Virus record (IMG/VR): IMGVR_UViG_3300045284_000330
Span: 1-64,000 of that record
DNA length: 64,000 bases
Reading direction: 5' to 3' (one strand)
From: a virus
The notes below the pieces were generated by a model, which worked only from the letters and a program-made list of their open reading frames with translations, searched no databases and had not been told where the DNA came from. The position numbers and the translations under genes were made by a program. Shown here in pieces: positions 27,588 to 37,425 of this stretch (its first letter is position 1; the number at the start of each line of letters is the position of its first letter).

Positions 27588-28319
27588 ATGCTTGAACCGA
27601 CGACGGCTGAGATGACGACGACGATCGGGCATCGTTTGCGCCTAGTGCGCGAGGCTCGCGGCCTGACCCCGGGGGATGTCGCGGCCGCCTGCGAGGTCTC
27701 GCGGCAGGCCGTATCCCAATGGGAAGCCGACAAATATTCGCCAAACATCGCCAACCTGGAGAAAGCCGCGGCGCGGCTCAGCGTTTCCCTCGAATGGCTG
27801 CGCACCGGGCGCGGGCCGCCGCCCAATCTGCGCCCCATCGTGCCAGTAGCCGGCCGGGCGACCGAAGAGCCCGCCGCGGCCACAGCGCCAAAGCCGATGC
27901 CGCCGCCAGTGCCCCCGTTCCCTGACATGGTCCCCGAGCAAGCTATGGGCATCGGCTCGGGGCCGTTATTGTTGGATGGCAGAGTCCATGATTGGTGGAA
28001 ACTTCCGGCCGGCTTCGTCCATGAGACGTTGCGCACATCGCCCCCGTATCTCGTCGTGCTGCGCGTGCTCAGCGACAGCATGGAGCCGGTAATAAAATTG
28101 CACGACCACGTCATCATCGACCGCGGCGACGTGATGCCGGTCGACGGCAAAATTTATGCCATCGACAATGGAACGAGCGTGATCCTGCGCCGCATCTTCC
28201 TCGCCGGCGACAAGGTGATCTTGCGTTCCGACCGCGATCCCGACAAGGACGTGATCGAGATCCCGCGCGACGACGTGCGCATCATTGGGCGTTGCGTGGT
28301 GGCGATCGTGGTGACCTGA
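27588..28319 (+). CDS. CI-like repressor (XRE HTH plus S24-type domain)
   Basis: RLRLVREARGLT...VSRQAVSQWE; SDSMEP...DGKIYAI; LRRI where a catalytic Lys is usual; start uncertain. Confidence 0.9.
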   Translation: MLEPTTAEMTTTIGHRLRLVREARGLTPGDVAAACEVSRQAVSQWEADKYSPNIANLEKAAARLSVSLEWLRTGRGPPPNLRPIVPVAGRATEEPAAATAPKPMPPPVPPFPDMVPEQAMGIGSGPLLLDGRVHDWWKLPAGFVHETLRTSPPYLVVLRVLSDSMEPVIKLHDHVIIDRGDVMPVDGKIYAIDNGTSVILRRIFLAGDKVILRSDRDPDKDVIEIPRDDVRIIGRCVVAIVVT

Positions 28320-28365
28320 AAAAAAATCTGACGCATTCTAACTCTCTGTCGGCAAAGGCGACATT

Positions 28366-28393
28366 CGGCGGCCACGTGCCGCCGTCTTGCTTT
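28366..28393 (+). terminator. Probable terminator after the repressor gene
   Basis: CGGCGGC-CACGT-GCCGCCG followed by TCTTGCTTT. Confidence 0.4.
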
Positions 28394-28410
28394 CCCCCGC
28401 GTGCGCGTAG

Positions 28411-28442
28411 CTTGACAGCCATCGTTAAGGTGTCCTTAACTG
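28411..28442 (+). promoter_or_regulatory. Early promoter TTGACA-N17-CTTAACTG containing the perfect operator GTTAAG-GTGTC-CTTAAC
   Basis: Read directly; also matches TTAA-N7-TTAAC. Confidence 0.75.
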
Positions 28443-28670
28443 CTTGCGTCAAGCTCAAGCAGGGAGGACGAGAAGCATGGGTGACGCCGAGCGCGACCGG
28501 GTGCGGCATGACGCAGTGCAATTAGCCACCGCCGCGCTGCACGACGCCCGACGGGCCGGCGCTTTCGACCTTGTAGCTTCATCCCTGCTGATCGCGATCT
28601 GCGCGTTGGTCCGTCGCGAGAGCGGCGACGACGCGCTCGCCGATCTGCTCACCCTCGCAATGCTGGGGGA

Positions 28671-29522
28671 TTGCGCGTGACGCCACTCGCCTTCGAGTTG
28701 ATGCGCGATCTCACGACGCCGTGCGCCCTTCACGTGCGAGATTATCGGGATTGGTCTGGCCGTGAACCGCTGAACGATAAGGCCTGCCGAGCCGAACTAT
28801 GGAAGGCGGCGAACGAAAGTCAATTTTTTGAGCTATCCGCAATCGCGTCGCTTTGCGAAGAAAGCGGCGAAAAGATGCGTGCGTATTACGAGAATTCTCA
28901 CAGGTGGAATAGTCGGCTCGCATTCCTGCCTGCAGTCAAAACGTGGATCGAATTTGATTTTGGCGTAGATCGGCAAGCTTATTGCCTCGATAGCGGTGAT
29001 GATCCACTCGGAACTGCACATTTTGCGATAATCGCACGCAGACCACATCAGCCATGGACTTTCTGGCGACTCGGGGACATCGGAATGGTGAAATCCGAAG
29101 AAAAACCACATACTCTCACCTGCAACGCTGACAACGGAAAACGCAAGGGCGAAGCGTCCGAGCTGCAGTTCTTGGTCTACGCCGCGCTCGCCTTCATCAA
29201 TTCGCCTCGCATCATTGGTCGACGGCAGCACATGCCGCATGAGAGAGCCGAACGCGAACGGTTAAAATCGCGAGGGCTCGCAGGCAAGTTTCCATTGCGC
29301 GCGTGGACCGAGATCATCCTCAAGGTGATGCCGCCCGACGACAAGACTGGCGAACCCTCGCAAGAGGCGCACCTGACCGGCGAGCGCTGCCTACATTTCG
29401 TCCGCACGTTTTTGCGCGTGCGCCTCGGCCAGCTCGAGTATGTGAATTGCCATTGGCGCGGCGACCCAGCGCTCGGCATGAAGCGGTCGCGGTACATCCT
29501 GCGGCCAGAGGAGCGCGCATGA
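28671..29522 (+). CDS. Hypothetical phage protein
   Basis: 283 aa with C-terminal H..R......HWRGD. Confidence 0.65.
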   Translation: MRVTPLAFELMRDLTTPCALHVRDYRDWSGREPLNDKACRAELWKAANESQFFELSAIASLCEESGEKMRAYYENSHRWNSRLAFLPAVKTWIEFDFGVDRQAYCLDSGDDPLGTAHFAIIARRPHQPWTFWRLGDIGMVKSEEKPHTLTCNADNGKRKGEASELQFLVYAALAFINSPRIIGRRQHMPHERAERERLKSRGLAGKFPLRAWTEIILKVMPPDDKTGEPSQEAHLTGERCLHFVRTFLRVRLGQLEYVNCHWRGDPALGMKRSRYILRPEERA

Positions 29523-30478
29523 TCGAAACGTTTGACATCACCGGGCGCCACGATCTGTGGTCCGAATTGCGCAAGGGCCAGGTGACGGCCAGCGCGGTCG
29601 CCGCGCTGCTCGACGCACACCCGTTTATGTCGCGTCTCGGCCTCCATCTTTTGAAGTCTGATTTGATCGCCGAGGACCCGGAGGAGACCGCGCCGATGAA
29701 ACGCGGGCGGTTACTCGAACCAGTTGCCGCGCAACTGCTAAGCGAGCTTCGGCCGAATTGGAAAATACAGTATCCGGTTGGGCTTTATTTCCGCGATACG
29801 GAGGCGAGGCTCGGGGCGACGCCGGATTGTTTTGCAACAGACGAAAACGGCAAGTTGGGTGTTGTCCAATTCAAATCGGTCGAGGAGACCTTTTTCAGGC
29901 GCCTCTGGCGCGACGAAGACCGCGCGATCTCGCCGCCGCTCTATCCGGTGATTCAGGCAATCACCGAGGCATATCTGACCAGCGCGAGCTGGGCCGCGGT
30001 CGCCGCGCTTGTGATTGGTTTCGGCGTCGAACTTCACATCGTCGAAATTCCCATTCACGCAGGCGTCATCGATCGGATCAAGGCCGAGGTGCGCGAATTT
30101 TGGGACCGCATCGAGCGGAAGGACCCACCGCCGGCGGACTACGCTCGGGACAGCAAACTGATTGCAAAACTATTCCCAGAAAGCGACGGGCACATTATCG
30201 ACCTGTCTTCCGATAATATGCTGCCGGAACTCGCCGTCCAGGATCGCGCTTTGGCTGACGAGATCAAGGAACGAAAAGAACGCCGCGAGGCCATCAAGAG
30301 CGAAATCCTGATGAAGCTCGGAACGGCCTCGGGCGCGACCTTTCAGGGCGGCCGCATCACGGCGAACACCGTTCACCGCAAAGCTTATACCGTCGCTGCA
30401 ACCGCATATCGAGATCTGCGAATAAAGCTCGAAGATCATGGAGGACCGCATCATGGAAGTGAAATGCATCGAGGTTAG
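29519..30478 (+). CDS. YqaJ/lambda-exonuclease family protein
   Basis: W..LRKGQVTAS...MKRGRLLEP...LGATPD...QFK. Confidence 0.85.
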   Translation: MIETFDITGRHDLWSELRKGQVTASAVAALLDAHPFMSRLGLHLLKSDLIAEDPEETAPMKRGRLLEPVAAQLLSELRPNWKIQYPVGLYFRDTEARLGATPDCFATDENGKLGVVQFKSVEETFFRRLWRDEDRAISPPLYPVIQAITEAYLTSASWAAVAALVIGFGVELHIVEIPIHAGVIDRIKAEVREFWDRIERKDPPPADYARDSKLIAKLFPESDGHIIDLSSDNMLPELAVQDRALADEIKERKERREAIKSEILMKLGTASGATFQGGRITANTVHRKAYTVAATAYRDLRIKLEDHGGPHHGSEMHRG

Positions 30479-30791
30479 GGATCATAATACGTTTCTCCCC
30501 GTGATCTGCATCCGCCCGGTTCCGACGAATGCGGAGCAGCGCTATCTCCTGCGGCGCGATGGGTATCGCGGGGACGCGACGGAGCGCTGCATCATCATGA
30601 TCGACGCGCAGTGCCGCGGCGTTTCTTACGATCCCTATGACTGGCAAGGTGACAACAGAACCAAGCCGGTGGCGCATAATTTCATCGCAGAGCATTGGGA
30701 TGATTTGCGGGATGGCGATGTCGTGGATGTCGCGTTTATTCTCGGCGAAGCCGAAGAACGAAAGATCAGCGAGCGCGAGGAAGCAGTTTGA
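30438..30791 (+). CDS. Hypothetical phage protein
   Basis: EVRDHNTFLP...YDPYDW...HWDDLRDGDVVDV. Confidence 0.65.
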   Translation: MEDRIMEVKCIEVRDHNTFLPVICIRPVPTNAEQRYLLRRDGYRGDATERCIIMIDAQCRGVSYDPYDWQGDNRTKPVAHNFIAEHWDDLRDGDVVDVAFILGEAEERKISEREEAV

Positions 30792-30796
30792 GACCT

Positions 30797-30938
30797 GGCA
30801 AGGCAGGACTTGGCGCGGCGAGGCGAGGCATGGCAAGGCGGGGCCGGGCAAGGCTTGGCGAGGCATGGGGCCGTATGGCCGGTTCAGTTTCAGTTGGGCG
30901 GGGCAAGGCACGGCGTGGCAGGGCAAGGTAGGGCACGG
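30797..30938 (+). repeat. Degenerate GGCNN pentamer tandem array
   Basis: GGCAA GGCAG GACTT GGCGC GGCGA GGCGA GGCAT GGCAA..., intergenic before recT. Confidence 0.85.
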
Positions 30939-30967
30939 TTTTTACCGTGAAAACGGAGCAAACAGCT

Positions 30968-31960
30968 ATGAACGAGATGCCAAATCAGGTCGCCGTCTTT
31001 CGACACGAATTGCAAAACATGGAACCGCAGTTCGCCGCGGCACTGCCGCCGCATATCACCGTTGCGCGTTTTGCGCGCGTTTTACAAACCGCCGTCCAGA
31101 ACAATCCAGACCTGCTCTACAAATGTGACCGTCGGTCGCTCTGGAACTCCGCGATGAAGTGCGCCCAGGATGGGTTGGTCGCCGACAATCGTGAGGCCGC
31201 CATCGTTGTTTATGGTGACCAAGCTCAATATCTCCCGATGATTGCTGGACTCCGCAAGAAGGCGCGCAACTCTGGCGAGATCGCGACGTGGGATGCGCAG
31301 GTCGTTCACGCCAAGGACGCATTCGAATTCGAGCTTGGCGACGAACCGTTTATCCGGCACCGGCCTTGCCTCGACGAAGACCCGGGGCCGGTGAGGGCGG
31401 CATATTCGGTCGCGGTGCTCAAGTCCGGCGAAAAATCTCGTGAGGTCATGTCGGTGACCGCCATCGAAAAGGTGCGCGCGCGCTCACGCGCTAAGAAGGG
31501 CGGGCCGTGGTTTACCGACTATGAAGAGATGTGTCGGAAGACCGTGGCTCGCCGGCATTCCAAAGTCCTACCAACTTCGGTAGATATCGACACTCTCCTG
31601 CAGCGCGATGACGACCTCTATGATCTTAAGACCGGTGCCGGCGATGGCGGCATCGCGCCAGGCGAAAAGCCGCGGACGCTCGCCGGCCGCCTCGACGCCT
31701 TGGCGGGGCCAGTCCGAGAAACCGTCCTGGCATCTCGGGAACACCGCCAGGACGGCGACGAAGGGGCGGGCGCGGGGGACGCAGACGGGGCGCCCGCCCC
31801 CGCACAGAATTCCGCTGTGGACCTTCAGCCGCCTGCATCGGCGCAGGCCGCAGGCTCGGCGAGCCCGGCGAAGACGCCCGCGGCCGACACCACCGAGGCG
31901 CGCGCATACCGGCCGGGAACCGGTGGCGCGCGCCTGTCTGATCTCGATGTGGGGGAATGA
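30968..31960 (+). CDS. recT: RecT single-strand annealing protein
   Basis: AALPPHI...CAQDGL...ARNSGEI...GPWFTDYEEMCRKTV.RR..K.LP.S. Confidence 0.9.
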   Translation: MNEMPNQVAVFRHELQNMEPQFAAALPPHITVARFARVLQTAVQNNPDLLYKCDRRSLWNSAMKCAQDGLVADNREAAIVVYGDQAQYLPMIAGLRKKARNSGEIATWDAQVVHAKDAFEFELGDEPFIRHRPCLDEDPGPVRAAYSVAVLKSGEKSREVMSVTAIEKVRARSRAKKGGPWFTDYEEMCRKTVARRHSKVLPTSVDIDTLLQRDDDLYDLKTGAGDGGIAPGEKPRTLAGRLDALAGPVRETVLASREHRQDGDEGAGAGDADGAPAPAQNSAVDLQPPASAQAAGSASPAKTPAADTTEARAYRPGTGGARLSDLDVGE

Positions 31961-31963
31961 CAC

Positions 31964-32959
31964 TTGGCCCGTCGCATTATCACTCGTGAGAAAGCTCGTC
32001 GCATTATCACTCGTGAGGAAGCCATCCAGGCGGGGGCTAAATACTACTTCACTGGCAAGCCATGCAAGCGCGGGCACTTAAAACGCTATGCCAGCACTAC
32101 AAGATGCGTAGAATGCACTCTTGCTGGCTGCCGGCTGTATGAGAAGATGAACGCAGATAAGGTTAGAACATGGGGTAGATTATACCGGCAAAAGAACCTG
32201 GCCAAATTGGCAGCGTACCACCGGCGCTGGTACCAAAAAAATCGCGAGACACTTAGTGTTCGAGGTAAATTATATCGGCAAAAAAACGCGGATAAGATTA
32301 AAACACGCGACCGGCTGTATCGAGAACAGAATCGCGATAGTTTGAAAGCCTACCGGAAGAAGAATGCTGATAGGCGAAAAGCGCGCTACCGTGAATGGTG
32401 GCTAAAGAATTTGGATAAGAATAAGGCGCGCCGCAGATTGTACGTCCAAAAGAATGCGGAAAAGATTAGAGAACGCCGGCGGCTCCAGAGGCAAAAGAGT
32501 GCGGACCAGCGCAGGGCATACAGGCAATTGTATTATGAAAAGAACCGCGTAAAGATTATTGCTGCCAATCGTCTGTATTTTAAAGAAAATGCGGAAAAGA
32601 TTAGAGAACGCCGGCGAGTGCACAGACAAAAGAACGCGGATAAAATCAAGGCGGCTCGGTCGGCGTACCGCAGAAAGAATCATGACATCCTCGTCGCATA
32701 CAATCGGCGATATCATCTGGTGAATAATATTGCCGTTACCGCGCTGAGACAATTAGGAATTGAAATGTCGGCAGTGGGGCGCGGCCATCGCGGCAGCTTT
32801 GCCGCGGCCGCGCTGAAGCAGTTGGGAATTAAACTCAGGGAGGACGACAATGTTAGGCGAACGAAGCCCGCTGCAGCTATTGACCAATTTGATCGAAGAG
32901 GAGCCCACCGCGGATCAGGATACGATTTACCACAAGTGGCGAGCAAAGATCGCCGATGA
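31964..32959 (+). CDS. Very basic repeat protein with Zn motif and no nuclease domain
   Basis: YFTGKPCKRGH...CVEC then repeated (R/L)YRQKNA(D/E)KI; lower GC than surroundings. Confidence 0.7.
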   Translation: MARRIITREKARRIITREEAIQAGAKYYFTGKPCKRGHLKRYASTTRCVECTLAGCRLYEKMNADKVRTWGRLYRQKNLAKLAAYHRRWYQKNRETLSVRGKLYRQKNADKIKTRDRLYREQNRDSLKAYRKKNADRRKARYREWWLKNLDKNKARRRLYVQKNAEKIRERRRLQRQKSADQRRAYRQLYYEKNRVKIIAANRLYFKENAEKIRERRRVHRQKNADKIKAARSAYRRKNHDILVAYNRRYHLVNNIAVTALRQLGIEMSAVGRGHRGSFAAAALKQLGIKLREDDNVRRTKPAAAIDQFDRRGAHRGSGYDLPQVASKDRR

Positions 32960-33032
32960 TCCTAAACTCGAAGAAGCCGCATTAATACACCTGTTTGATT
33001 CGTGTTGGTCGGCTGAGCCACAGCCACTCTAA
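32850..33032 (+). pseudogene. Truncated duplicate of the next gene's N-terminus
   Basis: RSPLQLLTNLIEEEPTAD...HKWRA versus RSLLQLLINLIEGDPTAD...HKWRA. Confidence 0.6.
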
Positions 33033-33048
33033 AGGGAGGAAAGACACA

Positions 33049-33534
33049 ATGTTACACACGTCATCACGCAAGGGCGCATCAGCCACTCGCCGGTTCGGCA
33101 AGCGAAGCCTGCTGCAACTGTTGATCAACCTGATCGAAGGCGATCCGACCGCCGACAAGGAAAGAATGTTCCACAAGTGGCGGGCGGAGATCATCGACGA
33201 CCCTGAAGATGTGGATGCTGCACTGCTCCACTGTTTCACGAATTTATGGGAAACACTTCAAAAAGACAGGCAAGCGCCGCAGCGGCGAAAACCAATCGTG
33301 AGAAGCCGCGAGGAGCGGCAGGCTCAAGTGAATGCGCTTAAGGAAAGGATCGTGCAGAAGGTTCTAACGCTCAATTTCGTCATGCCTAACGGCAAGCGGC
33401 TCGCCGACTGCACTGGCACAGAGGTCAGCAGATACGGAATTATCTTCGCCGCGATCGCCAGGAAGGCTGGCAAGCAATTGGTCGGGGCGGTGTTTAAGAC
33501 AGACAGACAATTGCTGACGGCTGGAGAGCCATGA
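33049..33534 (+). CDS. Hypothetical protein
   Basis: MPNGKRLADCTG motif; SD GGAGG. Confidence 0.65.
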   Translation: MLHTSSRKGASATRRFGKRSLLQLLINLIEGDPTADKERMFHKWRAEIIDDPEDVDAALLHCFTNLWETLQKDRQAPQRRKPIVRSREERQAQVNALKERIVQKVLTLNFVMPNGKRLADCTGTEVSRYGIIFAAIARKAGKQLVGAVFKTDRQLLTAGEP

Positions 33535-33733
33535 CCGACATCGCGCGCGCCAGGATCGAGCTGATGAGAATTGCGCGGTCATTGACCTTCGTCGATCCCT
33601 GCACGGCGCGGCGGATCGAACTCGTCGTCGAAAACTATTTGGGTGGCGAACATGAAAGCAATGACGCCGTGCAACGTCAGAAGGTCTTGGATGACCCATT
33701 GCGCGGGTTTTCTGGGGTGGAAACGGGGGCAGA

Positions 33734-33967
33734 TTGATGGGCAAGCCGCACGTGGCAATCCCGTTCGGTGCTCGCTTCGGGCGGCTGCACGCGCAGGCGC
33801 GGACCTTCGGCGATAAAAGGGGCGCGCGATACACGTTTCGATGCGAGTGCGGGAACACGATCGTCGCCCACGCAGTCGACGTGCGCCGCGGCCAGCGAAA
33901 GACGTGCGGCTGTTTCTTGCGCTATCGGACCAAGCCGCCGGTGCCGCTACCGGACAAGACACCATGA
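33734..33967 (+). CDS. Stand-alone GxxFG...CxCG...CGC domain
   Basis: GARFGRL...FRCECG...VRRGQRKTCGC. Confidence 0.65.
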   Translation: MMGKPHVAIPFGARFGRLHAQARTFGDKRGARYTFRCECGNTIVAHAVDVRRGQRKTCGCFLRYRTKPPVPLPDKTP

Positions 33968-34277
33968 GCAGCGACACCGCCACCATTCCTGTGCCGTGCA
34001 ACGGCTGCCGCGCGATGAAGCGATCAGGCATCGTCGGCCAAGTCACCCGATCACGGCGCAGACAGCCAAATGGCTCAAGCCGAAGGAGGCCACGTCATGA
34101 GCATTTCGACCACGGCGCTCGGCTTCAAATACCAGGCCGAGGGCATCAAATTGACGACGGTCAAAACGTTCTTCGAGTTCATCGGGTTGCTGGTCACCGG
34201 GGTCGCCATGGTCGCCACGCTTGCGGTTCTGCAGATTGCGACGCTCAAGAGAATGCATCGCCGCCGAGGAAAGGGCC

Positions 34278-34478
34278 ATGAAAACCGCCGTCATTGATTA
34301 CACGAACTGGCGCGGCGAGCGCCGCAATCGGCGCATCCGGCCGACGGGGCTGGCGTTCACGTCGAACGAATATCACGCACAGCCGTGCTGGATGCTGCTC
34401 GCGCGTGATCTCGACAGCAACGAGGACCGGACATTCCCGCTTCAGAGTATTCACCGATGGGAGGACCGTGATGGATGA
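34278..34478 (+). CDS. Stand-alone WYL-like domain
   Basis: IDYTNWRGERRNRRIRP...WMLLARDLDSNEDRTFPLQSI. Confidence 0.75.
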   Translation: MKTAVIDYTNWRGERRNRRIRPTGLAFTSNEYHAQPCWMLLARDLDSNEDRTFPLQSIHRWEDRDG

Positions 34479-34663
34479 AACCATGCAGGTGCCGCCAGAA
34501 ATTCCGCACGCTCACAGCATCAGGATCGCCCGGTGCACCGACCCGGGTTGCGCTGCCGCGCATGTCCTCTTGCTCGATGAGGCCGGCGAGATATTTGCCC
34601 AGATCGTCATTGATGCCGAGCGATTGATTGAGCGCTTGCATGAGCTGGATGAGGGGGCGCCCC

Positions 34664-34945
34664 ATGCACACTAAATTATTCCTGGCCCAAGAGCTTCGCG
34701 CCGCCGGCCTTCACGAGATGGCCGAGCTAGCCGCCAACGGGTTTTATCATGATTTCGAAAGTCCCCTCGCGCTGCCCGAGGTGCAGCTCGACCGTGACCT
34801 GTTCGCCGCCGGCACTCCCGAGGCGATGGCGTTGCGCAAGCGGCACCATAACGGCGAATTCGATGCCTCGGTCGAGGAGAGCGAGGCGTGGGCGGCCAGC
34901 GCCGACGGGCGCGAGGCCATCAACAAGTTGATCCGCGGAGAGTAA
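34664..34945 (+). CDS. Hypothetical protein
   Basis: MHTKLFLAQEL...GFYHDFES...NGEFDA. Confidence 0.6.
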   Translation: MHTKLFLAQELRAAGLHEMAELAANGFYHDFESPLALPEVQLDRDLFAAGTPEAMALRKRHHNGEFDASVEESEAWAASADGREAINKLIRGE

Positions 34946-34951
34946 ATCCCC

Positions 34952-35650
34952 ATGAACACCCACGCATTGCGTCAGAGCCTGCCGCCGCTGCCGGAGCGGA
35001 TGAAACATCTGCCGCTCAACCATCAAGGATTCCCAGTTCCTTGGTTTGTGGCGTGGTTAAAAGACGGCAAACCTTGCGATCCTGGCCGGGGCGAGCCGGA
35101 TTTCCGTGTGATCGATACGCCCAAGCTCGGCATCGCCGTGCGACAGAAACGCTGCTGGGTTTGCGGCGGCTTTCTCGGCCGCCATCTCGCATTCGTGATC
35201 GGTCCGATGTGTGCGATCAACCGGGTGATTTCCGAACCGCCGTCGCACCTCGAATGCGCGATCTTTTCCGCGACGGCGTGTCCATTTATGTCGCAGCCGC
35301 GGATGCGGAGGGACGAGAAGGATTTGCCGGACGGCAAAGCGGCCGCCGGCTTCGGCATCAAGCGCAATCCGGGTGTCGCCTGTGTGTGGGTGACGCGGAG
35401 CTTCACCACGTTCCAGCCGCATGCTGGTGCGCCCGGCGTGCTGTTCGATCTGGGCGAACCGGAAGAGGTTCTTTGGTTCGCACACGGCCGGGCGGCAACC
35501 CGCGAGGAGGTGGTGGCGTCGATTGACAGCGGCTATCCGGCACTGCTCGAGATTGCGGCGCAGGAGGGGTCCGAGGCTGTTCGCGCACTCGATCAGGATC
35601 GCAAGCGCGCCATGCCGCTGCTGCCGAAGGAGGGGGCGCATGACGGCTGA
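34952..35650 (+). CDS. Hypothetical Cys/His-rich phage protein
   Basis: GFPVPWFV, CWVCG, EPPSHLECA...CPF. Confidence 0.7.
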   Translation: MNTHALRQSLPPLPERMKHLPLNHQGFPVPWFVAWLKDGKPCDPGRGEPDFRVIDTPKLGIAVRQKRCWVCGGFLGRHLAFVIGPMCAINRVISEPPSHLECAIFSATACPFMSQPRMRRDEKDLPDGKAAAGFGIKRNPGVACVWVTRSFTTFQPHAGAPGVLFDLGEPEEVLWFAHGRAATREEVVASIDSGYPALLEIAAQEGSEAVRALDQDRKRAMPLLPKEGAHDG

Positions 35651-35990
35651 TGTAGACGACGAGCGCATCCGACTGTTTTTCTCCAGGACATTGCGGGGAG
35701 TCATCCGGCAGATCGCCAAGGTGTTTGAAGTTTCGGAACGCGAGCTGCTGGGGGAATCGCGACGCATGGCCATCGCCAAGAAGCGCCAGGCCGCCATGGC
35801 AATTTGCTGCAGGATCAGCGGCAAAGGCTTGCTGCACATTGGCCGGGCTTTCGGCCGTGATCATTCCACCATCCACCATGGCAGGGAGATGATGGCCGCC
35901 CACATTGCGGCTGTGGCTGCCGAGCTTCCACCCGATGCAACGGCGGCCGATTGGGCGATGGCGATGAAGCGGAGGATCAAGCCGCTATGA
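35640..35990 (+). CDS. DnaA C-terminal (domain IV)-like HTH protein
   Basis: RQAAMAIC...IGRAFGRDHSTIHHG. Confidence 0.8.
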   Translation: MTADVDDERIRLFFSRTLRGVIRQIAKVFEVSERELLGESRRMAIAKKRQAAMAICCRISGKGLLHIGRAFGRDHSTIHHGREMMAAHIAAVAAELPPDATAADWAMAMKRRIKPL

Positions 35991-36169
35991 CGCGAATTGC
36001 CGGCCAATGATACGAGGGCCAGGGTCGGAGGTCCGGGACAGGAAGGCGGGATGCGGGGCCGGCGAAGGGTGTGGTTTGACCGTCACAATGCCGCCGATCC
36101 ACCCAAACCGTGAGACGGAATGACTCGTAAAGCTGGGCTTTATGATCCGCCTGCGAGAGGCTAAACTAA

Positions 36170-36514
36170 ATGATTGAGCGCAAGCGGGAACGCGGCACCA
36201 TCAGCGACGCCATGGGCATTCTCGGGATCGACAAGGCCCGGACCATCGAGGCCATGGCGGCCCGCGGGATCATTCCCAGCGCGGCCAAGATCGGCCGGCG
36301 GTGGACGTTCAATCTCGCCGCGCTTCGAACATTTGTGAAGGATCAGGAGCGCGAGGCATGGCAAAGAAGCGAAAGGCACCCAAGGGCTGTTATTGGGTCG
36401 GGGATGTCCTCTACGGGCGCACGCGGATCAAGGGCAAGCTGGAACGGATCGCACTCGGAACAGATAATCCGGCGGTGGCGGTCGGGCGCCGGAAAGCATG
36501 GCACGAAAGTCTGA
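36170..36514 (+). CDS. Excisionase-like HTH_17 protein overlapping the integrase start
   Basis: ARGIIPSAAKIGRRWTF. Confidence 0.7.
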   Translation: MIERKRERGTISDAMGILGIDKARTIEAMAARGIIPSAAKIGRRWTFNLAALRTFVKDQEREAWQRSERHPRAVIGSGMSSTGARGSRASWNGSHSEQIIRRWRSGAGKHGTKV

Positions 36515-37425
36515 TCGCCGGCCGGGTATGGGGCGACGATGAAAAGACGTTCCCCCAGGTCGTCGAAGTGTGGGAAGCGTCCTACATCGCCGGCGACCGC
36601 TCGGCCGGCCCAAACACCGTCAAGCGCTACAAAGTGAGCCTCGGGCAGATCATGCCCATCATCGGCGACCGGCCGGTCAAGGCGGTCGACGCCAAGCTGA
36701 TCCGCGAGGTCGTCGACGCCCGCCGCGCCGGCGGGGCGACCAACGCGACGCTGAAGCGCGACCTCGTCGCTCTGTCGAGCGTCATGAACTGCGCCGTCGC
36801 CCGCGAGTGGATCGACGCCAATCCGGTGCTGCCCCGGATGAAGGCGATCGTCGAGAAGCGCGAGCCGATCAATCTGCCGCGGCCAGCCGATGTCGAGCGG
36901 GTGATCGAGCGGGTGCCCGGTATGCTCAAGCAGCTCGTGCGGGCCGCAATCGTCACCGGCTGCCGTCTCAATGAGCTGGTGACGGCCAAGCGCGCCGACA
37001 TCGATCACGAGCGGGCGACCCTGACCGTGCTGGGCAAGCGCAACAAGCGGCGCACGATCGAGCTGGCGCCGATGGGCGGGTATGAGTTGATCCGGTCGCT
37101 GCCGGTCTTCGCCGGGTCGCCCTATGTTTTCTGGCACCACGACGGCAAACCTTATCGAAACCTGTCGGCCCGGTTTGCTTGGCTCGTGAAGGAAACCGGC
37201 GAGCTGGCGGCTGCCGAGGGGGTCGACTTTGCCCCGTTCTGTTTCCACGATCTGCGGCACCTGCACGCGACCCACTACCTGCATCAGGGGATCGACAATC
37301 TGTGGGTGCTCTCGAAGCGCCTCGGGCATACCTCGACCAAGGTGACCGAGCGCTATTTGCACGAGCTGAGCGAGGTCGAGGCAGCCGCGCAAATCCGCAA
37401 GGTCCAGCGGAGGAAGGCCGGATGA
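36358..37425 (+). CDS. int: Tyrosine integrase
   Basis: TGCRLNE, GKRNK, FHDLRH, LGH, TERY. Confidence 0.95.
   Translation: MAKKRKAPKGCYWVGDVLYGRTRIKGKLERIALGTDNPAVAVGRRKAWHESLIAGRVWGDDEKTFPQVVEVWEASYIAGDRSAGPNTVKRYKVSLGQIMPIIGDRPVKAVDAKLIREVVDARRAGGATNATLKRDLVALSSVMNCAVAREWIDANPVLPRMKAIVEKREPINLPRPADVERVIERVPGMLKQLVRAAIVTGCRLNELVTAKRADIDHERATLTVLGKRNKRRTIELAPMGGYELIRSLPVFAGSPYVFWHHDGKPYRNLSARFAWLVKETGELAAAEGVDFAPFCFHDLRHLHATHYLHQGIDNLWVLSKRLGHTSTKVTERYLHELSEVEAAAQIRKVQRRKAG

Noticed and set aside
30637-31128. ORFs spanning the GGCNN array
   Set aside because: Low-complexity translation of the repeat overlapping real genes
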